From positions 32,001 to 96,000 of the forward strand of contig CAVUPH010000030.1 in NCBI GenBank assembly GCA_963743305.1: DNA of 64,000 bases. The letters run 5' to 3'. The stretch is from an uncultured delta proteobacterium. GTDB taxonomy: Bacteria > Desulfobacterota > RBG-13-43-22. Both the position numbers and the translations under genes were made by a program. Under the pieces are notes generated by a model. The model made no database searches, was not told where the DNA came from, and was given only the letters and a program-made list of their open reading frames with translations. Shown one piece after another: positions 36,174 to 43,771 of the stretch (positions are counted from its first letter, which is position 1; the number at the start of each line of letters is the position of its first letter).

Positions 36174-37085
36174 ATGACTGAAAACCCCGAGATCTTGAAG
36201 ACCCTGGCCGAAAGCCGTTTGTTCGGCCATCTAAAGCCTGAAATCCTGAAAGCCATTTCGGAAATTGTCCAGGAGGTCGTCGTCCCTCCCGACACCACCA
36301 TCGGTACGATGGGGGAGAAGGGAAAATCCTGTTGCCTCATTGCCTCCGGTCGGGTGAAGATGTTCCGAACAAGCAAATCCGGGGCCGAGGTCGATCTGGT
36401 CCAATTGGTTGCCGGCGAGAGTTTCGGAGAAGTGGCTCTTTTGTCGGATGAACCGATCCCGGCTTCGGTAAAAAGCGTGGAAGAAACCCGGTTGCTCGTG
36501 ATATCCAAAGATAGGTTTGATCCCCTGATGAGGGAATATCCTGAGGTCAAAGAGGCTGTCGGCAAGGGGGTTTCGAGCTGGTTCCACCGGGCCACTGCCA
36601 ATATGGAAGGTCAGGCCGAGCTTCGATCCAAGGCTTCTCGCCTGAGATGGATCGACTTGGCCATCATTATCGGTCTCAGCCTCTTGTGCGCCCTGGCTTT
36701 TAATCATTCCAACCCCAAAGGGATACCTCTAATTCCTCAACGCTCTACCCTGGAAGGCGTTTCCTTTCTAAATCCTTCGGCCGTCTTCGAGAAACAGAAA
36801 AGAGGAGAAGTCCTTATCGTCGATGCCCTGCCGGCTATCTTTTATGAGCAGGAGCACATTGCGAACGCGGTGAACCTCCCCTTGGCCATCTTTGACTTTA
36901 TGTATGATATGAAATTGGGGAAAATGGACAAGACCAAAGCCATTGTGGTCTATGGGAGGACTATCAGCAGGCACTATGATGAGGAGGTGGCTACTAAATT
37001 GGTCATCCGAGGGTTCAAAAATGTGAGCATTTTAAATGGCGGGCTGGCCGCCTGGAAAGAAAATCACTATCCGGTGGCGCCATGA
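36174..37085 (+). CDS. cNMP-binding domain + TM + rhodanese-like domain protein
   Basis: GESFGEVALL; TM WIDLAIIIGLSLLCALAFN; HIANAVNLP, VSILNGGLAAW. Confidence 0.8.
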   Translation: MTENPEILKTLAESRLFGHLKPEILKAISEIVQEVVVPPDTTIGTMGEKGKSCCLIASGRVKMFRTSKSGAEVDLVQLVAGESFGEVALLSDEPIPASVKSVEETRLLVISKDRFDPLMREYPEVKEAVGKGVSSWFHRATANMEGQAELRSKASRLRWIDLAIIIGLSLLCALAFNHSNPKGIPLIPQRSTLEGVSFLNPSAVFEKQKRGEVLIVDALPAIFYEQEHIANAVNLPLAIFDFMYDMKLGKMDKTKAIVVYGRTISRHYDEEVATKLVIRGFKNVSILNGGLAAWKENHYPVAP

Positions 37086-37591
37086 AGGTTCTGTACTCGT
37101 TTATGAAAAGGATTTTGATCAGCCCCTACCTTTCGCTGGCCTTCAGGGTCTATATAGCCTGGATCTTTTTGCAGGCCGGCCTGGGTAAGATACCCGATCC
37201 CGCCCTATTCGCGGAAAATGTGGCCGATTACCGGATTATACCCTTTTTGGCGATTAACCTGGTGGCCCTGGTCTTACCTTGGATGGAATTGATCTGCGCC
37301 TTTTATCTTTTTTTCGGTTTAAGGACCAAGGCGACGGCGGCGATTTTATCCGGACTCCTCTTCCTGTTTACCCTCTTCGTCCTCATCAACGTCTTCCGGG
37401 GTGTATCCATGGATTGCGGGTGTTTTGATAACGTCGGAGAGCCCATAGGTTGGGCGAAAGTCACCCAAAACACGATTTGGCTTCTGATGACCATTCAAAT
37501 ATTTTTCTTTGACCGGATTCCTTTTTACCGCAGGAGCGAGTACCTGTTTAAGAAAAAGACGCCGGAGAAAACTATCGTTTCCTCTTCGTGA
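37082..37591 (+). CDS. MauE/DoxX family membrane protein
   Basis: AGLGKIPDP..F, LPWMEL, DCGCF; overlaps the upstream stop. Confidence 0.88.
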   Translation: MKVLYSFMKRILISPYLSLAFRVYIAWIFLQAGLGKIPDPALFAENVADYRIIPFLAINLVALVLPWMELICAFYLFFGLRTKATAAILSGLLFLFTLFVLINVFRGVSMDCGCFDNVGEPIGWAKVTQNTIWLLMTIQIFFFDRIPFYRRSEYLFKKKTPEKTIVSSS

Positions 37592-37599
37592 GGGAGACT

Positions 37600-37944
37600 A
37601 TGCCTAGATCACCGAGATCGCTTAAGCGCTTTATACTTCTACTCACGGTAGTGACGTTGGTTACCGTAGCTTGCTCCCGGGAAGAAAAATTCTTGGGCAC
37701 GTACACGCCCATCCCCAACAGCCCGCCGGAGTACTTTGACCTGTATGTGGAATTGAAAAAGGGCGGGGAGGGTGTCCGCCGCTTCCAGAGCGGAGAACCC
37801 CTGGCCTTTCATTGGGTCGTCAAAGGCGACGAAGTGCGGATCCACACCCAATCCGGGGGAACTATTGTGGCCAGAAAGAAAGGAGATCTGTTTGAGGTAA
37901 GATTTCCCGGTCCCCAAGTGGTGTATTTTAAAAAGATCAAATAG
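37600..37944 (+). CDS. hypothetical lipoprotein
   Basis: lipobox VAC; GGGAG RBS. Confidence 0.6.
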   Translation: MPRSPRSLKRFILLLTVVTLVTVACSREEKFLGTYTPIPNSPPEYFDLYVELKKGGEGVRRFQSGEPLAFHWVVKGDEVRIHTQSGGTIVARKKGDLFEVRFPGPQVVYFKKIK

Positions 37945-38010
37945 TGGAATAGAAAACGGGAACGCTTCTCGGCTGAAAACTTCCGGTTCAAACTCCCGTT
38001 CCGGGCGCGC

Positions 38011-38616
38011 TTACGGGACGGTAGTGGAAATGGAAATCGTATCCAGAAAAAAGTTACTGTGGTCTATTTCGTCGTTCACCAGCTCAAAAACCAACTCGCC
38101 CGCTTGTCCCCGATAGGCGGTAAGGTCGATCTGCCCTAAAACCCATTGGCTGGTATTATTCGACTCGCAAAGGTCATAGGTCCGCAGCGTCGTCGGGCCG
38201 AAGCGGACATAGGCGTAGTCAAAACCGCAATTTTCCGGAAGTTCATAGGACTCGATCCAATAGTAAAAATTCAAGGTGGCGGCATTTTCAGGGATAGTGA
38301 TGCCCTGCGACAGGGTCGAGGTTTCATTAATTTGCCCCCCCAGCCAAACTGCCCAGTTTCCCCCCTGAGGGATCAGGCCCTGCAAATTCGCGGCGGCCAG
38401 TATTAAAGGAAGCCCATTGGTAGAGGATTCCCGCCAGGACCCGTCGGCGCCTTTCTCAAAATCCCCGTTCTGGAACTGCTGGACCTTGATTATTAGGGGC
38501 AGATAGAGTGAGTAAGCTTGGGTGCCGACCGGAAACCCGATCAATGAGAACAAAAGGAAGAGAAAAATCCCCCTTCTGAAAATAGGAAAATTTTGATGGA
38601 AAATAACTAAAAGCAT
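38011..38616 (-). CDS. exported CBM-like protein with N-terminal YLPLIIK tag
   Basis: signal ...GTQA then YSLYLPLIIKV; QNGDFE.G...W, DL..YRG, FFLD.I. Confidence 0.75.
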   Translation of the reverse strand: MLLVIFHQNFPIFRRGIFLFLLFSLIGFPVGTQAYSLYLPLIIKVQQFQNGDFEKGADGSWRESSTNGLPLILAAANLQGLIPQGGNWAVWLGGQINETSTLSQGITIPENAATLNFYYWIESYELPENCGFDYAYVRFGPTTLRTYDLCESNNTSQWVLGQIDLTAYRGQAGELVFELVNDEIDHSNFFLDTISISTTVP

Positions 38617-38699
38617 TTTTTGCAGCCTCTTCGCGGAGACCCTCCCCGGATAGGTGGTTTGGCATGATATTCAGGTTTATATCCCGGATTGTTTAAACC

Positions 38700-38734
38700 T
38701 CAGGGGCGGGGGGCTTTATCCCTCCGCCCCTGAG
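38700..38734 (-). terminator. hairpin downstream of 38761-39267
   Basis: CTCAGGGGCGG...CCGCCCCTGAG. Confidence 0.5.
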
Positions 38735-38760
38735 CGGGTTTACCCTTCAGTCTGTTCGAC

Positions 38761-39267
38761 TCACATCGGCCGCCATAGTGGACAACCGGTTTCGACGCTT
38801 CTTAGCTGAATGGAAATAACTGGGTCCGGATCGGGATAAGTCAAACTCATCAGGATATACTTATACGTTGCCGGGGTGAAATACACCTTTTTGACTTCCA
38901 GGGATACATTATCCCCCACACCCGGTCTCTCCACTCCCAGATCCTCCCAGTACTTAACCGGCCCCAACCCGTAAACGGAAATTTCCTCCTCCCCGACGGT
39001 GATTTTAATTCCGTCAAAGGTTTGCGGAGGGCTTATTTCAGAAACCGTTCCAACTAGAGTTCCGTCTTCACCATTGAGCACCAACAGGCACTTTAAATCC
39101 TGCTTATACCGCCTGATTTGGTTCTGGTTCTGGTTCTGGTTCTGGTTCCGATTTCGAATTTGGTTGGCGGTCTCGGCTAGGGTGGTCCCGGCAAAGACGA
39201 ACACAGCCAACACCAAGCTCGCAATGAACAAAATATTTCTTTTCAAAGTCTCACCCCCTTCCCTCAT
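38761..39267 (-). CDS. exported hypothetical protein with (NQ)n tract and OB-fold-like region
   Basis: signal peptide, RNQNQNQNQNQ, VYGLGP..YW; start may be the TTG at 39246. Confidence 0.65.
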   Translation of the reverse strand: MREGGETLKRNILFIASLVLAVFVFAGTTLAETANQIRNRNQNQNQNQNQIRRYKQDLKCLLVLNGEDGTLVGTVSEISPPQTFDGIKITVGEEEISVYGLGPVKYWEDLGVERPGVGDNVSLEVKKVYFTPATYKYILMSLTYPDPDPVISIQLRSVETGCPLWRPM

Positions 39268-39292
39268 TTATTTTTTGTTTTACTCCCAATTC

Positions 39293-39308
39293 TGCAAACC
39301 CTGTTCCA
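39293..39308 (-). promoter_or_regulatory. sigma54 -24/-12 promoter
   Basis: minus strand TGGAACAGGGTTTGCA (GG-N10-GC) just upstream of the gene. Confidence 0.65.
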
Positions 39309-39589
39309 GACCCATCATCATTCAATCTTTTTCAGACTCGGCGAGGCCTTATAGAGATAAATAGTACATGAATTCATTATGTTATATAATATTTCCAGAA
39401 AACATTTACTTAGACAGATCGGGCACCCCCCCACCATGGCGATAAGAAAAATGCAAAACATGCATCCGGGTGCGCAATTCTTGCAGATCCCGGGGCAGAA
39501 GACAGACGATCATCACGAAGGGTCAAGACCGACAGCCTCTAGGGGTCTAAATGGGATAGTAAAGAGGCGGCCCGAAGGAATGGTGCGGA

Positions 39590-39866
39590 TTAAGTGGGGA
39601 TCGTTCGGGTGGAAGACCTGCCGGAGCACCGGGAGAAAATGGATCAACAAAAAGCGCTGCGGGGATCGGATCTTTAAATTCGGTCTGAGGGCCTACCGGG
39701 ATTTCCTGGAGGGGCTGGTCACCCGCCCGAAAGAGGAGATGGTGAAGGCCATCCATGATTTCGAACTGCGGGAACTCTGGCAGACCTTCATGACCGGGAA
39801 CTATTATTATTGTTTCTCTTGCCAGGCTCAATGTCCGGCTACGCAATTGCCCCTAATGGAAAGAAG
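39590..39866 (+). pseudogene. C-terminal remnant of an Fe-S (epoxyqueuosine-reductase-like) protein
   Basis: INKKRC...YYYCFSCQAQCP; no N-terminus; runs into a MITE. Confidence 0.45.
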
Positions 39867-39999
39867 CGGCACTACAACCGTTCGCCCTGAGCTGCGAGCC
39901 TGTCGAGCAGTCGAAGGGTGAACGATACGGCCATGCTTCGACAAGCTCAGCATGAACGGAGATACCGCGCCATTGTACAGCTTATTTCTTGACGGGTTC
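39867..39999. mobile_element. MITE family A, left-truncated copy
   Basis: REP doublet plus right end TTATTTCTTGACGGGTTC then TTA; matches 41171-41332. Confidence 0.8.
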
Positions 40000-40030
40000 T
40001 TAAACCATTTTTCCTGATAGTAACCTTTTG

Positions 40031-40080
40031 CCGTCTTTCCGGCGAAAGCCGGAATCCAGGATTTTAGTGATTTTCTGGAC
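40031..40080. repeat. REP-like palindrome
   Basis: CCGTCTTTCCGGCGAAAGCCGGAATCCAG...CTGGA. Confidence 0.55.
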
Positions 40081-40183
40081 TTCGACTTTAGCCAGAGTGA
40101 CGGCGGGGCTAACGGAATTTCCCTAAAGTAAGGCACTGTGTCCGACCCCCAGTTAACGAAGCGGGCGCGCAGAACGCGCGCCT

Positions 40184-40612
40184 TCAGCGGAGGTGTTGCT
40201 GGGCATCTCTGATTGGGACATACCACTTTGGCTTCATGCGCCCAAAATCTGTTCGGCGATTGCGATGCAGGCCTTTCTTGGAGTCCAGCACGTAGGATTG
40301 CCCTTTTTCACGAACGAATACCACCCAGTGCCAATGGGGTCGGCCCTTCTCCAGATGCCACTTTATGGACAAAAGAGCGAGGTCCGGTAGCGCTTCCCAC
40401 GAATGAAACGGAATTTCACGAGAACCCGTTTTGATACCGAAGGTGGTCAGTAGTTTTCGTACCTGCGCCGTTTCCGACCACAAGCCCTCATCGTGGGCGA
40501 AGATCCCCAGAGAATTAGCGATCGATTTCGCCTTTGGGTACGAAAGACCAACCAGGGCGGCGACGCTCGCGATCCCGCAACCCGTTCGTTCCAATTGAAC
40601 CACTGCTTTCAT
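40184..40612 (-). CDS. C39-like cysteine peptidase family protein
   Basis: MKAVVQLERTGCGIAS...HWHWVV...VLDS (Q, C, H, D arrangement); true start 40612, not 40888. Confidence 0.6.
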   Translation of the reverse strand: MKAVVQLERTGCGIASVAALVGLSYPKAKSIANSLGIFAHDEGLWSETAQVRKLLTTFGIKTGSREIPFHSWEALPDLALLSIKWHLEKGRPHWHWVVFVREKGQSYVLDSKKGLHRNRRTDFGRMKPKWYVPIRDAQQHLR

Positions 40613-40617
40613 GTCAG

Positions 40618-41091
40618 CTAGACCTCTTCCATCTCCCAGGTCCAGGAGCAGTCGATACACCCCTTGATGGATTGATAGGCCGGACAGTTCTTCGAATAAG
40701 TGGCCATGGCCTTTTCCGCGTCCTCCCGTTTTCCCTTCGGAATTTTCATCTGATACCGGAGCCGGATTTTCGTGATCCTCAAGACCCCTTCCACGTCTTC
40801 GATGTCCCCTTCCACCTGGGCGGTCAGGATCTCTTCGGTCTGTATGCCCCGCACCTCCAGTGCGGCCGACAGGGTGCCGGTCAGTCACCCCCCGACGCCG
40901 GCGATGATATAGTCCAGTGTGGCGGGATATTCGGGCCCTTCAATCGTACGCCCGTACTTGTCCTGATAAAAATCCTTGATGCCCCCGTGGATCCCGAAGT
41001 GGACCGGCTCCGCGAAATCCCCGAAGTGGGCCGTCCGATGGGGTCCCCGGTGCTTCTCGATGCGAATTCGACTGGTGTGGGCGACTGACAT
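40618..41091 (-). CDS. OsmC/Ohr-like selenoprotein (157 aa, in-frame UGA at 40887-40885)
   Basis: AGVGG-U-LTGTL in frame, second Cys KNCPAYQS, SECIS-like hairpin 40849-40865, AAGGAGGT RBS. Confidence 0.88.
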
Positions 41092-41129
41092 GATCTGACC
41101 TCCTTCGTATGAAAAGGATGAAAGATGAA

Positions 41130-41673
41130 TTATGAAGAACTGACCTTAGTCTTCTTTGAGATGGCGGTAAGGATCTGTAAACAAATAACCTTGACAAATG
41201 GCCCTACAACCGTTCGCCCTGAGCTGCGAGCCTGTCGAGCAGTCGAAGGGTGAACGATACGGCCATGCTTCGACAGGCTCAGCATGAACGGAGATATTAG
41301 CGGTATTGTACAGCTTATTTCTTGACGGGTCCTAAGGATCGCGAGGAGTTGATCACATTCATCGTGCAGGCCGGCAAGATTCGCATGGAGAACAATCGAG
41401 GATTCGGCCAGTAGCTCAAGCCAATAACCGGTCTCGTCGAGTTCCTTGAGGCAGTCTCCAATCTTGGCGATAAACTCCCCTTTGGACCTCGCACGATTGG
41501 CCTCGCGGTATATTAGCTCCAACGGATGTGCCGGAACGAAGAACCTGTTTGCCCAACACCTGCGCTTCGATCGACTTTGGTAATGCTGAGTACATCCGAA
41601 TCACCCGTAACGCAAATTCCTTCGTCCGAACCACCAAATCCTTCGGTTGTCGTCCTTTGCCTTCATAATTCAT
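41130..41673 (-). pseudogene. four-helix-bundle (23S rRNA IVS-like) protein, frameshift ~41510 plus in-frame MITE
   Basis: RTKEFALRVI, QVLRSGTSVGAN/YREA.RARS, ELDETGYWLELL. Confidence 0.85.
41171..41332. mobile_element. MITE family A, 162 bp, TAA target duplication, internal REP doublet
   Basis: TIR GGATCTGTAAACAAATAA / GGACCCGTCAAGAAATAA (14/18); TAA at 41168-41170 and 41333-41335. Confidence 0.9.
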
Positions 41674-41721
41674 TCTTCATCCTTTGACTCAGTTGTGCCA
41701 CGTTTTATGAATTAGCACCTC

Positions 41722-42285
41722 TCATCGGGCCCCGAGTTCCTCCTCCAGGCGTCCGATGACATCTCCGACGAAATCGTGAAATCCCCAACCGATGCCTTCG
41801 GTCATCTCCTCCACTCTTGCCAACCGTTCCCTGAACTGTGGATACATCCTCTGCGCCTCGCCCCGCAGCAGGACGGCCAGTTCCTCCAACGCCGACTCCA
41901 CGCTGCTGTAGAACCGCTCGTCAATGTCCCCCTACTTGCGGGTGAATCTCGTGCCGTTCTCCACATAGGTCATCAACAGTTCCGCCGTGCCGGGGAGGTC
42001 GCCCGTGGCCTTGCGGTAATCACGGATGGCCTTGCGCGCCTCTCCCAGTTTCAGTTTGCCAAATCCTCGTACGGGAAAGAACTGTTCCACGATCTTGCCT
42101 CGATATTTCTCCAGGGCTTCGCCGCCGCTCTCCCCGGTCTGGCAGCGGGCATGAATAAAGTCGCGGTTCTCAGCGGCCGATTCATAAAGATCTTTTAATA
42201 GGGTAAGCAGCGCGGGCTTCTCCCAAGAGGCGAGTTGTCGGCGGACCGCGCTCCAGCCGTCAGGTTTCTTGGTTGCGTTTTTCAT
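41722..42285 (-). pseudogene. DUF6155-like protein with an internal TAG at 41934-41932
   Basis: reading continues in frame FTRK*GDIDERFYSS...GIGWGFHD to TGA 41722. Confidence 0.65.
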
Positions 42286-42548
42286 GGTTTGAATGGTTCG
42301 GGTTGGACGCGTTTCAAGGGGGGCAATGATTCGGGCGGAACCATCAGGGTGATGCTACGCGCCTGTCCAGGCACGCGCCCAATCAAGCCCCGCCTCTCCA
42401 GCGTGAGCACCATCGAATGCACGCTCGGCGGCGTGATCCGAAAAAACCGCTGCATGTCTGCTTCAGCCGGAGCGCAACCGTTCAGGATGTTGTACTGATG
42501 GATGTAGGCCAGGAACTGGCCTTGTCGTTCGGTGTAAGTCAGGTTCAT
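42282..42548 (-). CDS. winged-helix (LexA/MarR-like) DNA-binding protein
   Basis: TERQGQFLAYI...PAEADMQRFF...PPSVHSMVLTLERRGLI.R.PGQARSI. Confidence 0.8.
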   Translation of the reverse strand: MNLTYTERQGQFLAYIHQYNILNGCAPAEADMQRFFRITPPSVHSMVLTLERRGLIGRVPGQARSITLMVPPESLPPLKRVQPEPFKP

Positions 42549-42753
42549 AAAGGTTTGTTCATGGCGATGCTGACACCATTCATGGTTCAGGCACCCGTCG
42601 GAGCCGGCAGGTGCTCACCCCAAACGCGGGCGAGGGTGGCCTGGATTTTCATTTCAAAGCGAGTAAATATCTCCGTTCGTCCTGAGCTGCGAGCCTGTCG
42701 AGCAGTCGAAGGAACGAACGAAATTCCGCCCATGCCCATCACCGACCAAAGGT

Positions 42754-43035
42754 TCATCTTGTTCCCCTTGCCAACCGGGAGACTTCGTCCCAATCGCCAC
42801 GCATCATAGCTTCCTTTTTCTTTCGACTCCATCCCTTGATCTGTCGTTCGCTGGTCAAGGCTTCCTCGCGGGATGAAAAATCTTGGGAGAAAACCAGCTC
42901 CACCGGCAGTCTGGTCGAAGTATAGCCTCCAAAAGCACCTGAGCGGTGTTCTCCTATCCGCTTCTCCAGATTATCAGTATGCCCTGTGTAATACGAGCCG
43001 TCAGCGCACTTCAAAATGTAAACCCAAAAACTCAT
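42754..43035 (-). CDS. small GIY-YIG nuclease (UPF0213/YhbQ-like)
   Basis: WVYILKCADGSYYTGHTDNLEKR..EH, EAL..ERQIKGWSRKKKEA. Confidence 0.93.
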   Translation of the reverse strand: MSFWVYILKCADGSYYTGHTDNLEKRIGEHRSGAFGGYTSTRLPVELVFSQDFSSREEALTSERQIKGWSRKKKEAMMRGDWDEVSRLARGTR

Positions 43036-43112
43036 GGTTGTTGGCCTCGCTGTCCTTTGCGTGTTGTACTATCCGGTAACTGAGGGTCTATAAAAGAATA
43101 ACTGCTACAAAA

Positions 43113-43771
43113 TCCGCTCACCCTGAGCTGCGAGCCTGTCGAGCAGTCGAAGGGCAGCTATTCATGGTTCGACAAGCTCACCATGAACGGGTGACTGTTC
43201 CACTAATTTTAATGCCGCCCTTGCCATGTTGTTGCGCCATAACTTTAGGATCTAAAAACAGATAACCTTGACAAACGGCCCTACAACCGTTCGCCCTGAG
43301 CTGCGAGCCTGTCGAGCAGTCGAAGGGTGAATGATACGGCCATGCTTCGACAGGCTCAGCATGAACGGAGATATTAGCGGTATTGTACAGCTTATTTCTT
43401 GACTGGTTCTTAATCACGTTGCTCATTGATACTGTTCGTTCTGAGCTGCGAGCCTGCCGAGCAATCGAAGGGTGGCCTTTCATGGTTCGACGAGCTCACC
43501 ACGCATGGGTAGCTCTTCCACTAATTTTAATAGCCCCGACCCAGCTTTTGCGCCATAACTTTAATCATGTTGCTCTTCGATACCGTTCGCCCTGAGCGGC
43601 GAGCCTCGCGAGCAGTCGAAGGGCAGCCATTCATGGTTCGACGAGCTCACCATGCACGGGTATCTCTTCCACTAATTTTAATAGAGTCCTCACCATATTC
43701 TTGCGGCATAACCTTAATCTCCGCTGATCATTATGTACCGTTCGTCCCTTCGACGGGCTCAGGGCGAACGG
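43113..43771. repeat. tandem array of ~151-155 bp REP-doublet units
   Basis: unit starts 43113, 43431, 43582, 43737; shared TTCCACTAATTTTAAT and TTGCGCCATAACTTTAATC. Confidence 0.85.
43248..43409. mobile_element. MITE family A, 162 bp, TTA target duplication, nested in the array
   Basis: GGATCTAAAAACAGATAA...TTATTTCTTGACTGGTTC; TTA at 43245-43247 and 43410-43412. Confidence 0.88.

Noticed and set aside
39118-39152. (GGTTCT)n tract as a phase-variation switch
   Set aside because: Hexamer units keep the frame and encode an NQ linker.
40140-40205. Integron attC site after the C39-like gene
   Set aside because: A hairpin is present but the R boxes fit RYYYAAC/GTTRRRY poorly; there is no integrase or second site.
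40184-40888. 234-aa ORF as a single protein
   Set aside because: Its first ~90 codons are an off-frame overlap of the OsmC gene; the real gene starts at 40612.
41932-41934. Pyrrolysine read-through of the in-frame TAG
   Set aside because: The context FTRK*GDID suggests a Tyr codon (TAC to TAG); no pyl genes are seen and the region is error-rich.
43113-43771. CRISPR array
   Set aside because: Repeats are ~135 bp REP doublets with short, partly similar variable segments; there are no cas genes.
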